A DNA stretch of 64,000 nucleotides from Heptranchias perlo (GCF_035084215.1 NC_090332.1:40734001-40798000), one strand, 5' to 3'; positions 40,500-55,036 are shown, numbered from the stretch's first letter. The notes: generated from the sequence alone by a model not told the origin. Translations and numbers: made by a program.

Positions 40500-41030
40500 A
40501 CTAAAAGGCACAAGGAGATTGCAGTTGTAGGGGACTCTTGGTTTTGGAAGGTGGAAAGCCATGTGTCGTAAGGGCAACACCTATAGGATGCTGAGCAAAG
40601 GTTAAAAAGGGTCCTGAAAGAGACAAAGAGAGAGATAATGATGGTAGTCCATGTATGTGTTAACTACACAGTGTGAAATCATATAGGGGCCTTAAAAGTC
40701 AAATATGTAAGGAATGCCTCAAAACCCAAAGATAAGAGATGTAAAGTAATGTTCTCTAGGCAGCACCTAAAAACAGCTGGAACAATGAAACCTGTAAGTA
40801 ACATTGAAGCAGTTATCAAGAATTATTTAAACTAGATAAGTGTGGGAGAGGAAAAAGAGGAAATGGGATTGCAGATAAAACTGAAGAGTGGAAGGTAACC
40901 AATAAGTGGCTGTATACAAGCAACTCAGAGGCATATAGGAACCAGAAACGGGCAGACATTGGAGGCCAAAAAAGGAGGCAAATCTGCAATAAGATGTATT
41001 TGTATGAACGCTAGAACCATTAGGAATTAT
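40500..41030 (+). mobile_element. Old CR1 5' fragment (ORF1 esterase-like remnant and start of ORF2)
   Basis: VVGDS-like and VVHV..N-like SGNH blocks, followed by IRCICMNARTIRN (endonuclease start). Confidence 0.5.
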
Positions 41031-41082
41031 TACCCTAAATTTCTACTAGGCTATTTGCTGTGATGTTGCGCTGCTGTCTATC

Positions 41083-43430
41083 ATGTCAATCACTGATAAA
41101 GCCATCTCTGATCACTTCCTTGTATCCCTCTCCACCCACATCCCCCTTCCTCCTCCCAACCCCACTTCCTTCTGTATCCGCCCCGGAAAAAACTGTTCCC
41201 CCACGACACTTATAATTGCACTTTCAAATTCCCAACTGTCTAGCCTTTGGCCCTCCAATCACCACAACATTTCTGCAGCTATCGATCTGCTCAATCATAC
41301 CCTCACCTTCACCTTTGATGCCTTTGTCCCCATTAAAACCATTACTCTCTCTTACCCTGGTCCTTCCCTCTGGTATGGCCCTAATCTCCACTCCTTAAAT
41401 CCAAGGGACGCAGACTTGAACGTTTATGTTGGACAACTGGTTTAGCTATTCTTCGCCAGATCTGGCTGGACCACATAAAGCACTATCGGGTCCTGCTCTC
41501 CTCTGCCAAAACTGCTCACTATTCCAGGATCATCCTAGAATGCAAAGACAACCCCCGGCTTCTCTTCACCACTACAAACCATCTTCTTAAACCCCTCTCC
41601 CCTGCCTCTCCACCCTCACCTCCAACGAAAAGTACGACGAACTCATGGACTTCTTTGTCACTAAGATTGAGACCATTCGTTCTGCTGCTTCCTTCCCTTC
41701 CCCTAGCCCACTAGCCAAACTTCCCCTAAGGTTATCCCCTGCCCTAACCCTGAACTTGCATCTTTCTCCAGTTTCTCTCCTATCTCCCCTCATGCCCACT
41801 CCAAATTGATCTTGACGATGAGTCCCACCTCCTGCTCCCTCAACCCTATTCCCTCCAAACTGCTGACCAACCAACTTCCCTTCCTGGCCCATATTAGCTG
41901 ATAGTGTTAACGGTTCCCTCTCAAGTACTGCCTCACTCCCCATCAAATCTGCTGTCATCACCCCCCTCAAAAAACCCACCCTTAATCCCTCTGGTCTTGC
42001 AAACTACCGCCCCATCACCAACTTCCCTTTCCTCTCCGAAGTCCTTGAACGTGTTGTCACCTCCCAAATCCATGCCCATCTTTCCTGCAACTCCATGTTT
42101 GAATCCCTCCAATCAGGTTTCCGCCCCGCCACAGTATTGAAACGGCCTTTATCAAAGTCACAAATTACATCCTGTGTGACTGTGACCATGGTAAACTATG
42201 CTTCCTCATCCTTCTTGACCTGTCTGCAGCCTTTGACACGTTGACCACACCATCTTCCTCCAAGGCCTCTCCTCTATCGTCCAGCTGGGTGGGACTGCGC
42301 TCACCTGATTCCATTCTTATCTATCCAGTCGTAGCCAGAGAATCACCTGCAATGGCTTCTCTTCCCACTCCCGCACCGTTACCTCTGGAGTCACCCAAGG
42401 ATCTATCCTTGGCCCCCTCCTATTTCTCATCTACATGCTGCCCCTCAGCAACATCATCCGAAAACACATTGTCAGATTCCACATGTATGCTGACAACACC
42501 TGGCTGTACCTCACCACCACCTCTCTTGACCCCTCCACTGTCTTTCTTTTGTCACACTGCTTCTCCAACATCCAGTACTGGGTGAGCAAAGATTTCCTCC
42601 AACTAAATATTGGAAGGACCGAAGCCATTGTCTTTGGTCCCCACCGCAAACTCCGTTCCCTAGCCATCGACTCCATCCCTCTCCCTGCTCACTGTCTGAG
42701 GCCAAACCAGACTGTTCGTAACCTTGGCCCTGACCCTATTTGACCCTGAGATGAGCTTCCGACCACAAATCCGCTCCATCACCAAGACCGCCTACATCCA
42801 CCTCCGTAACATCGCCCATCTGCCTCAACTCATCTGCTGCTGAAACCTTTATCCATGTCTTTGTTACCTCTAGACTTGACTATTCCAATGCTCTCCTGGC
42901 TGGCCTCCCATCTTCCACCCTCCATAAGCTTGAGCTCATCCAAAACTCTGTTGCCTGTTGCCCGTATCCTAACTCACACCAAGTCCCATTCTCCCATCAC
43001 CCCCGTGCTCGCTGACCTACATTGGCTCCCGATCCGGGAACGCTTTGTTTTAAAATTCTCATCCTTGTTTTCAAATCCCTCCATGGCCTCGCCCCTCCCT
43101 ATCTCTGTAACCTCCTCCAACCCTACCACCCTCCAAGATCTCTGCGCTCCTCCAATTCTTGCCTCTTGCGCATCCCCGATTTTAATCGCTCCACCATTGG
43201 TGGCCGTGCCTTCAGCTGCCCTGGCCCTAAACTCTAGAATTCCCTCCCTAAACCTCTCTGCCTCTCTACCTCCTTTAAGGCGTTCCTGAAAACCTACCTC
43301 TTTGACCACCTGTCCTAATATCTCCTTATGTGCCTCGGTGTCAAATTTTGTTTGCGTACACTCCTGTGAAGCGCCTTGCGATATTTTACTACATTAAAGG
43401 CGCTATATAAATGCAAGCTGTTGTTGTTGC
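41083..43430 (+). mobile_element. L2 LINE, 5'-truncated and decayed
   Basis: ISDHFLV, NYRPITNFPFLSEVLERVV, LLDLSAAFDT.DH, GVTQGSILGPLLF, MYADNTWLY; L2-type tail aaggcgctatataaatgcaagc(tgt)n. Confidence 0.92.
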
Positions 43431-45339
43431 TGAACCGAGACTTCCACCTGCTGATCTGCTCCAGTTCTGATGCCGCCATAAATTGCAGCCAGCTCATTTG
43501 CATACCCATTGGCTTTGGCTGAACACAATTTCAGGAGGGGAGAAAATTCTTTCTGGTGGACAATGATGATGACAATGAAGAGGAGGAGAGTGATGAGGAC
43601 CAAGCAACATAAGAGTTCCTATTGCAGGAGATGGCCCAATGTTCTTTTGCTCCAAGCCCCTTGATCTCACCCCCTGCATCACAGCCATGCACCAGCTCAA
43701 ATACATTCACCTGGGAGGAAGTTGAGAGTGTAAGTTAGGATGTGGCACTGAGTTACTCAAAAGCATGAGGGAACTGGAAGAGTAAATATGCAGAGGAGAA
43801 AGCTGCCTGTGGCTTTGGAGTCATAGGTCCAGATCTCTTGGGTACCTGCCTGAAAAGAAGGATGTTTGAGAGCTATCACGCCTACATACAAGCTCTGAGA
43901 TCAGTCCCCAAGGCATGTGGCAACTGACAGTTGTGACAGATGAATATGATCCACCATTTGTGGGAATGTGATGGGTTTTTTCTTCATTGTTGGACTCAAT
44001 GGATCATGTGACAGCTTCATTGAAGTCTGTGGCAGTCCCCCACCTCAGAAATGGCCCACGACTAGTGGGTGCCTCCTTTTCCACTGAAGCAGAGACTGCT
44101 GCCCTGGTGGCAGTAAAGTACAGATTAAACAGAACCCTGCATACCAGCTTTCAGGCACTTGGGTCTGGGATGCAGGCCACTGTCTCTCAGGACTTTTGGG
44201 TTGCGATAGCAGCCATTTCACTGATCAGTGAATAAACAGATTCAGGGCCCAGTACAATGGTGACAATTTGAGATGATCTGCAGGAGGCTGCCACTTCGCA
44301 GTACAGCAGCACATGTCAGGCATCTAGCCTATCCCATCAGAGCACTACGTGAGTTGCTTGTAAGCGACAAGACAAGGCTGCCCAGGCAGGTGCTTCCTAG
44401 GACAAAGCTGCCGTGGGAGAAGAGCCACCTCAGTCCCATAAGTCTTTTACGCCACAAAAGTAGCCAGCCATCTCTCACGATCCTGGCCTGCTGGTTATAC
44501 CTAGAGGATGCAATAAAATAGGGGAAAAAAGGCACATTTGGCTATCCAGGGGAAGCACAGAGTGAAGAAGCATCAGGATGGTTGTTGATTGCTGCAAAAT
44601 TGGTTGCAGTAAAAGAGAAGTGCACTTATCTTGTGCTCATGTATTCATGGAGGTCATAAAGTCCAGCAGGGCAAAGAGATCTGAGGTGCTGTGAAGTTCT
44701 AGGAAGTGAACTGCATTGAAGGAATTGTCATTTCTCTGAAGGCAGTGGGAAATGTTGGAATGACAGTTGTGACAAAAAGGAGACTATTAAAACAGATAAG
44801 AACACTTTATTGATAAGTTGATTTTGGATGTCCCTTGCAGCCATCCCTGAGGAACCCTCTGAGTGAGGGTCCTCCTGCTAATCCATTCCATGTTCCTCTG
44901 CCTCCAAAGCAGCTGGGGCCACCTTCTCAGGAACCTCCGTGTGCAGGCCTTTTTGGAAAGGAAGATTGTGCAGGGCACAACAAGCAGCAGATGTGTAGGA
45001 CACATGCTCAAGAGTGTATTGAATACCCCCTCCTGATTTATCAAGGCAACATAAGTTGCTTTATGGTTCTCTCAATCACAATTCTAGTGGTGGCTTGTGC
45101 CTCCTTGCAGCACTCCTTAGCAGCTGTCTTGCCATTTGTAGGTGGGTCATTAAACATGGTAGCAAAAGATATACTTTGTCACGCACAAGCCACTTGACTA
45201 TCATTCTTGAAATGCTCAGAGAGGTCAGAAATCCTGAGGATTAAGGCATCATGGCAACTTCAAGCAAATCTGGCATTGACACAGAAGATTTTTTGCATCT
45301 GGTCACACAAAATCTGGGCATTCAAGAAAGTTGTAGGAG

Positions 45340-47914
45340 TTTTTTTTATTCGTTCATGGGATGTGGGCGTCGCTGGCGAGGCCAGCATTTATTGCCCATC
45401 CCTAATTGCCCTTGAGAAGGTGGTGGTGAGCTGCTTTCTTGAACCGCTGCTGTCCGTGTGGTGAAGGTTCTCCCACAGTGCTGTTAGGAAGAAAGTTCCA
45501 GGATTTTGACCCAGCAACGATGAAGGAACGGCGATATAGTTCCAAGTTGGAATGGTGTGTGACTTGGAGGGGAACATGCAGGTGGTGTTGTTCCCATGTG
45601 CCTGCTGCCCTTGTCCTTCTAGGTGGTAGAGGTCGCGGGTTTCGGAGGTGCTGTCGAAGAAGCCTTGGCAAGTTGCTGCAGTGCATCCTGTGGATGGTAC
45701 ACACTGCAGCCACTGTGTGCCGCTGGTGAAGGGAGTGAATGTTTAGGGTGGTGGATGGGGTGCCAATCAAGCGGGCTGCTTTGTCCTGGATGGTGTCAAG
45801 CTTCTTGGGTGTTGTTGGAGCTGCACTCATCCAGGCAAGTGGAGAGTATTCCATCACACTCCTGAGTTGTGCCTTGTAGATGAGGGAAAGGCTTTGGGGA
45901 GTCAGGAGGTGAGCCACTCGCCACAGAATACCCAGCCTCTGACCTGCTCTTGTAGCCACAGTGTTTATATGGTTGGTCCAGTTAAGTTTCTGGTCAATGG
46001 TGACCCCCAAGATGTTGATGGTGGGGGATTCGGCGATGGTAATGCCGTTGAATGTCAAGGGGAGGTGGTTAGACTCTCTCTTGTTGGAGATGGTCATTGC
46101 CTGGCACTTGTCTGGCACGAATGTTACTTGCCACTTATCAGCCCAAGCCTGGATGTTGTCCAGGTCTTGCTGCATGCGGGCTCGGACGGCTTCATTTTTT
46201 GAGGAGTTGCGAATGGAACTGAACACTGTGCAATCGTCAGCGAATATCCCCATTTCTGACCTTATGATGGAGGGAAGGTCATTGATGAAGCAGCTGAAGA
46301 TGGTTGGGCCTAGGACACTGCCCTGAGGAACTCCTGCAACAATGTCCAGGGGCTGAGATGATTGGCCTTCAACAACCACTACCATCTTCCTTTGTGCTAG
46401 GTATGACTCCAGCCACTGGAGAGTTTTCCCCTCTTTCCCATTGACTTCAATTTTACAAGGGCTCCTTGGTGCCACACTCGGTCAAATGTCACTCTCACCT
46501 CACCTCTTGAATTCAGCTCTTTTGTCCATGTTTGGACCAAGGCTGTAATGAGGTCTGGAGCCGAGTGGTCCTGGCGGAACCCAAACTGAGCATCAGTGAA
46601 CAGGTTATTGGTGAGTAAGTGCCGCTTGCTAGCACTGTCGACGACAACTTCCATCACTTTGCTGATGATTGAGAGTAGACTGATGGGGCGGTAATTGGCC
46701 GGGTTGGATTTGTCCCGCTTTTTGTGGACAGGACATACCTGGGCAATTTTCCACATTGTCGGGTAGATGCCAGTGTTGTAGCTGTACTGGAACAGTTTGG
46801 CTAAAGGCGCAGCTAGTTCTGGAGCACAAGGCTTCAGCACTACAGCTGGGATGTTGTCGGGGCCCATAGCCTTTGCTGTATCCAGTGCACTCAACCGTTT
46901 CTTGATATCACGTGGAGTGAATCGAATTGGCTGAAGACTGGCTTCTGTGATCGTGGGGATAGTGGGAGGAGGCCGAGATGGATCATCCACTTGGCACTTC
47001 TGGCTGAAGATGGTTGCAAACGCTTCAGCCTTGTCTTTTGCACTCACGTGCTGGACCTGCCAGCATTGAGGATGGGGATGTTTACAGAGCCTCCTCCTCC
47101 CGTTAGTTGTTTAATTGTCCACCACCATTCACGACTGGATGTGGCAGGACTGCAGAGCTTTGATCTGATCCGTTGGTTATGGAATCGCTTAGTTCTGTCT
47201 ATAACATGTTGCTTCCGCTGTTTAGCATGCATGTTGTCCTGAGTTGTAGCTTTACCAGGTTGGCACCTCATTTTTAGGTACGCCTGGTGCTGCTCCTGGC
47301 ATGCTTTTCTACACTCCTCATTGAACCAGGGTTGATCCCTTGGCTTGTTGGTAATGGCAGAGTGAGGAATATGCCGGGCCATAAGGCTACAGATTGTGCT
47401 CGAATACAATTCTCCTGCTGCTGATGGCCCACAGCACCTAATGGATGCCCAATTTTGAGCTGCTTGATCTGTTCTGAATCTATCCCATTTAGCACGGTGG
47501 TAGTGCCACACAACATGTTAGATGGTATCCTCAGTGCGATGTTGAGACTTTGTCTCCACAAGGACTGTGCAGTGGTCACTCCTACCAATACTGTCATGGA
47601 CAGATGCATTTGCATCAGGTAGATTGGTGAGGACAAGGTCAAGAAAGTTTTTCCCTCGTGTTGGATCGCTCACCACCTGCCGCAGCCCCAGTCTGGCAGC
47701 TTTGTCCTTCGGGACTCGGCCAGCTCGGTTAGTAGTGGTGCTACCGAGCCACTCTTGGTGATGGACGTTGAAGTCCCCCACCCAGGGTACATTCTGTGCC
47801 CTTGCTACCCTCAGTGCTTCCTCCAAGTGGTGTTCAACATGGAGGAGGACTGATTCATCAGCTAAGGGAGGGTGTTAGGTGGTAATCAGCAGGAGGTTTC
47901 CTTGCCCATGTTTG
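45340..47914 (-). mobile_element. LINE-B, 3' (sense) part of a full-length copy with 5' inversion
   Basis: A-tail (T-run on +) at about 45340; RT and EN ORF pieces 45402-46475, 46397-47047, 47044-47511 and 47518-47826 (GDFNVHH, GRSDH). Confidence 0.95.
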
Positions 47915-47980
47915 GGTACGGTAGCATAGTGGTTATGTTACTGGACTAGTAATCCGGAGTCATGAGTTCAAATCCTGCCA
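47915..47980 (+). promoter_or_regulatory. tRNA-Thr(AGT)-like internal Pol III promoter (box A and box B)
   Basis: Box A TAGCATAGTGG 47922-47932; anticodon arm CTGGA-CTAGTAA-TCCGG 47941-47957 (anticodon AGT); box B GTTCAAATC 47966-47974. Confidence 0.8.
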
Positions 47981-48650
47981 TGGTAGCTGGGGAATTTAAG
48001 TTCAATTAATTAAATTTTTAAAATCTGGAATTAAAATACTAATATCATTAATGGTGGCCATGAAACTACCGGATTGTCGTAAAAACCCATCTGGTTCACT
48101 GATGTCCTTTAGGGAAAGAAACCTGCTGTCCTTACCTGGTCTGGCCTATATGTGACTCCAGACCCACAGCAATGTGGTTGATTCTTAATTGCCCTCTGAA
48201 ATGGCCTAGCAAGCCACTCAATTGTAAAATCTCGCTAAAAAAGGTCATAATAAGAATAAAATCGGACAGACCACCCGGCATCGGACCACTAGGCACCGGA
48301 CACGATAAAGGCAAACCAAGCCCAGTTGACCCTGCAAAGTCCTCCTCACTAACATCTGGGGACTTTTGCCAAAATTGGGAGAGCTGTCCCACAGACTAGT
48401 CAAGCAACAGCCTGACATAGCCATACTCACAGAATCATACCTTTCAGCCATCGTCCCAGACTCTTCCATCACCATCCCTGGGTATGTCCTGTCTCACTGG
48501 CAGGACAGACCCACCAGAGGTGGCGGTACAGTGATATACAGTCAAGAGGGAGTGGCCCTGGGAGTCCTCAACATTGACTCTGGACCCCATGAAATCTCAT
48601 GTCATCAGGTCAAACATGGGCAAGGAAACTTCCTGCTGATTACCACCTAC
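47915..48650 (+). mobile_element. LINE-B inverted 5' part: tRNA-like head, short leader, endonuclease N-terminus
   Basis: tRNA-like head 47915-47980, then KVLLTNIWGLLPKLGEL...PDIAILTESYL...RGGGTVIY from about 48330; ends in a 39-bp segment that is also present at the start of the minus-strand part. Confidence 0.88.
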
Positions 48651-49539
48651 TGGAATTAACTGTCGATGCTCACAACGCTATGTGTATGCCATCTATTGCA
48701 CTCTGCCCTCTGGGGAACCAAGCAACTTGGTAAAACTGCACGCACCTACCATGCTTCCATCTTGCAGTCATGCCAGACTGGATGAATTTTCTCAGCTCTC
48801 CTAAAAAGTGCATCAGTTACCTGACCAACGCACGCCTGGACGGCAGCCTGGATAATATTGCACTGCTGTCCTATGATGCTTGAAATAAACCAGTGGCACA
48901 GAAATTAAGTACAGTTGTAACTTTCACATCCAATGGCAGAGGTATCCAAGAAAATTATCTTGGTTGCAAGGCTTCATGCAGAAGTTGGCACAGCTCTCCT
49001 ACAACCTCTTTGGTGAAGTACACTCTTCTCACACAGAACTCTTCATTGAGACCTTCATAAAATCTCTGTGGCCTGTTAATTAATTGGTGGGGGTAATATC
49101 TTGTTCGGTCTCAGACTCTAAGGCTATCAGAGGCAAGGTCAGCTCTCTTCAGGTACAACAGGACAGAAAACACTCCAAAATCTCTCTGGTAACTCAAGTC
49201 ATCGCTGTTCAAAGCTTCTCCAGATTGAGGCTCCAAAGGAAAGCACTACTGCCAGTATCAGCTGATGCTGTCAACACATACGCCTCTTTTATTATGTTCT
49301 AAGTTAACTTTTGTTTATTGGGGGCACAATTCACAGGTTTTAGTCACTCCAACGCCAGTCTTCCTCATTACCATTTATTATAATGAGCTCCAGACAGCTT
49401 TGGCACATGCACCATGGGAAAGCCCCAGGTCCACTTGAACAGCAGTACAGCCAATACAGGATGGAAATCTATTGTAAACAGGTTCCACCCCAATTTGCAG
49501 GTCTCAAAGTAAAAGCGCTATTCCAGTGCATCATTGGCT

Positions 49540-50430
49540 CCTCCCGCTCTGATTACTTCTTCCCACTCTGCCTCCGTATCCCTCTATTCCCTTCTCCCAC
49601 ATGTATGTATCACGTCTTCCCTTAAATGTATCAATGCTATCTGCTTTAACCACTCCATGTGGCAGCGAGTTCCACATTCTCACCGCCCTGTGTAAAGAAA
49701 TTCCTCCTGAATTCTTTATTTGTTCTGTTAATGGCTACCTTATATTAATGCCCACTTGTTCTGGACTCATCCACAATCATAGAATCATACAGCACAGAAG
49801 GAGGCCATTTGACCCATTGTACCTGTGCCAGCGTGTAGAAACAGTTTCCCCACATCCACCCTTTCAAACTCCTTCATAATTTTAAAGACCTTTATCAGGT
49901 CTCCTCTTAGTCTGCTCTTTTCCAGAGAAAAGAGCCCCATCCTACTCAATTATCCCTGATAGTTTCATCCTCTCAATTCGGTCAAATCCTTATAAATCTT
50001 TTCTGCACTTTCTGTAGTGCTTCAATTTTTTTTTGTAATATGGAGACCAGAACTGCACACAGTACCCTAAATGTAGTCTAACCAAGGTTCTCTATAAATT
50101 TAAGATAAGTCCCTGCTTTTGTATTTATGAGCAAGGACTTGGAAAATCCACCCTTGAAAATCATAGACTGTTAATTCACAAGAACAGGCAATTTATCCCA
50201 TCAAGTCGGTTCTGATGTTTTTCTCCACTGAACCACCTAATCTAATTCCTGCTTGGTCGCTGTACCCGCTAATATTCCTCTTTTCCAAGCAACTTTCTAA
50301 TTGTCCTTCAAAATAATTGATAGACTCTGCTTCAACAATGGTTTATGGCAGACAATTCCTTACTCCAACCACCTTCTATGTAAATATTTTTTTCTGATGT
50401 CCCGTCTAATTCTCTTTATATTTTATCGGA
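49540..50430 (-). mobile_element. CR1 3' fragments (two to three pieces)
   Basis: 49600-50120 is homologous to the CR1 3' end at 60-520; a short catagaatcatacagcacagaaggaggccatt tail is inserted near 49778; another decayed tail at 50160-50430. Confidence 0.7.
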
Positions 50431-51132
50431 AAGTAAGGGGTTAATTGGGTGGGCAGGCTAGATGCACCAATAGTCTTCTGCTTAATATACGTTAGTCTGT
50501 TACTCAACTAAGAGTTATTTTGACTCCAGCCATTATTTAGATTCTTTGGGCTTCAAGCTGACATTATTTTATCCAGTCTAGCTTTTGATTCCAAAGATAC
50601 AACTGGGTCACTATATAACTTCATATGGCAATCCTGTTTGAAAAAAAATTGACAGGATGCCAAGGGGGTAAGCAAATTTATGAAGCACCAATGAGCTAGG
50701 GACTTTTGTTAAAGCTTATCTTCAGAATAATGCTTTAGAAATAATTCTGTACTAAATCATCAGAATTAAAAATGTATGGTACCGGAGCACATTCTTACTT
50801 AGTCAAAGGTTTTATTTCATGACAACATCTGTGCAACTATTTTTGTTCTGAGCAGCTTTGTTTGTTATCAAAATCAACTATGTATTATAGATTCTGACTA
50901 TATTTCAGAAGTGTGTATTGGTTGATTAGATGTCCTTCAGTTTTCTGCCAAGACTTGTCTATTTCTATGAAATGCTTCACTTCTGCTCCTACCACTGATA
51001 AGAATATTTCAATAACCTAAACAACTCCTTTTCTTCCTAAGTATTTTAATTATTTTTTTACATATTTGAGTTTGTTTGTTCCTGGAAGCTTTTGACTCAT
51101 TTTAAACTTTTGATTTTGTCCAAGAAATTTAA

Positions 51133-52680
<1,548 letters not shown>

Positions 52681-53084
52681 CTCATGCAGGTGAGAAAAGG
52701 TCCCAATAAGCTAAGCACCCATATAAAATGTGTGCTGCAGAAGATGCTTCTTCTCTTCAGTTGGGTCCTTACTCTTAAAGGTACATCACTGTTTGGTGTA
52801 TCCATTCGTAGGTCACTGTTTCTCTGCTATACTGTATATCTTGGGGAAAGGAAAATAAGGAAATTTATTGAAGTCATCCTGGTAGCTTCTTAAAACCATA
52901 CTGCAGCTATTACCTGTGTTGTTTATCCAGTGAATGTTATTATTGTACTCATTTGCAAGCAGCTATGGGTATCCCATGGGCATACCTCTATTTGTAAATT
53001 ATGGGGGTGAATCAAAACAAGTATGCCTGACAAATGCATTTATATCTCATGCACTCCATTGAAAATAATTTTTATGCTGCCACC

Positions 53085-54420
53085 CATGTGTATAGGGCCA
53101 GACTCTCATTTCTGGACATTTCCTGAAACACCTGCATGCAGAGACTAAGATTTCCCAAAGAGATATAACAGAAATATGCATAATCTGGCATTCAGATTTG
53201 GGGGCCATGTCCAGGACAGATCTTTCAGTGACTGTGAAGGTTACGATTGCGTTGAGCTATTATAAGGTAGGCTCCTTCCAAGCAATCATAGGAACTCTCT
53301 GTCACATCTCCCAACCTTCAGTTCACACTTGTATCATGCAATTCATGGAATGTATTACTTGCCAGGACCAATAACGTCATTGGTTTCCTTTTTGAAAGTA
53401 GCCAGCAACAGGAAAGAGCCTTCCAACTCTGTCATGTGGCAGGATTCTCCAGAGCATGGGGCATAATTGATTGTATTTGTGGTCATATGTAACCCTAATG
53501 TAATGCTACTCCTTTCATGAACAGAAAAGACTACTATTCCATGAATGTGCAGCTGGTCTGGGACCTTAGAAACAGAAGCATGCACATGAATACCCATTAT
53601 ATGGTAGCTTCCATGATTTATTCATCCTATGTGAGTCATTGGTGCCAGTGTTACTTGAAAGGACTCGAAGACTGCAGGGATAGTTGCAGAAGGACCAAGT
53701 ATCTGCATTCAGCCACAGGAGATGACACATACAAGATTCTGAGGGGACTCGATAGGGTAGATGCTGAGAGGATGTTACCCCTCATGGGGGAATCTAAAAA
53801 TAAGGGGTCGCCCGTTTAAGATGGAAATGAGGAGGAATTTCTTCTCCCAGAGGGTCGTGAATCTTTGGAATTCTTTACTCCAAATAGCTGTGGAGGCCGA
53901 GTCATTGAATACATTCAAGGCTGAGTTAGACAAATTTTTGATCAGCAAGGGAGTCAAAGGATATGGGGAAAAGGCGGGAAAGTGGAGTTGAGGTAAAAAT
54001 CAGATCAGCCATGATCTCATTGCATGGCGGAGCAGGCTCGAGGGGCTGAATGGCCTACTCCTGCTCCTATCTCTTATGGTCTTATTACCAAGAACAAGAC
54101 CTGAAGAGAGCTATATTGTTCCTCGTGCCTCCACTGGGGTCTTAGTTCAGCACACCATCAACATTTACAAATAGTAATTCGGATGCCTGGATAGATCAGG
54201 GGGAATACTATAGTATAGCCTGGCCAAGATATCAAAGATTATTATAAGCCTGCCTTGTTGTTAAAGATGCTATATAAGTGCACGCTGTTGTTGTCCTATT
54301 GAATTTTGCCCTACAGCTGGGCATAACCAAAGATCAAGCATTAGAAGAAAGGCAGATGTAACCAGGGGAAGATGATGAGCCCAACCACAAGACAGAAGAT
54401 TTGCCTGTTCAATGAGTGGT
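53085..54420 (+). mobile_element. Old Harbinger transposase relic interrupted by a CR1 tail
   Basis: VYRARLSFLDIS..C.QRLRFPKE, FMNRKDYYSMNVQLV, HD.FIL, then FGCLDRSGGIL.Y after the CR1 insert. Confidence 0.7.
53725..54085 (+). mobile_element. CR1 3' end fragment
   Basis: TYKILRGLDRVDAE...FFSQRVVNLWNSL; tail ...ctcctgctcctatctcttatggtcttat. Confidence 0.85.
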
Positions 54421-55036
54421 TCAGTCAGAAAGAGTCATCAGGCAGGGTCCAATTGACAAAACCTTAAATTAAATGCCGTATAGCTCCAATACATAACAGT
54501 CATACTTTTGTTGACCCTGCAAAGTCCTCCTCACTAACATCTGGGGACTTGTACCAAAATTGGGAGAGCTGTCCCATAGACTAGTCAAGCAACAGCCTGA
54601 CATACCCATACTCACAGAATCATACCTTTCAGCCAATGTCCCAGACTCTTCCATCACCATCCCTGGGTATGTCCTGTCCCACCAGCAGGACAGACCCACC
54701 AGAGGTGGTGGTACAGTGATATACAATCAGGAGGGAGTGGCCCTGGGAGTCCTCAACATTGACTCCAATGAAATCTCATGGCATCAGGTCAACCATGGGC
54801 AAGGAAACCTCCTACTGATTACCACATACCGCCCTCCCTCAGCTGATGAATCAGTCCTCCTCCATGTTGAGCTCACCACTTGGAGGAAGCACTAGAGGGA
54901 GCAAGGGCACAGAATGTACTCTGGGTGGGGGACTTCAACGTCCATCACCAAGAGTGGCTCGGTAGCTCCACTGGATCAGCCACATAAATACTGTGGCTAC
55001 AAGAGCAGGTCAGAGGCTGGGTTTTATGCGGCGAGT

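Larger units (their letters stand above)
43560..49050 (-). mobile_element. Older Harbinger copy split by LINE-B (transposase halves about 44800-45339 and 48651-49050)
   Basis: Minus strand: WFPRGQSAIDGIHIAL (about 48720-48680), then LNAQILCD...VNARFA*SCHDALIL...WLVRDKVY...TTRIVIERTI...CLDKSGG; a possible Myb-gene remnant on + at 43560-44500. Confidence 0.7.

Noticed and set aside
47915-47990. Functional tRNA-Thr gene
   Set aside because: The acceptor stem is incomplete and the module continues into a retroelement leader, so it is a tRNA-derived head.
54993-55036. N-terminus of the 989-aa ORF as a novel fusion protein
   Set aside because: The first residues (ATRAGQRLG) come from the host LINE-B and are in frame by chance; the remainder is ordinary CR1 ORF2.
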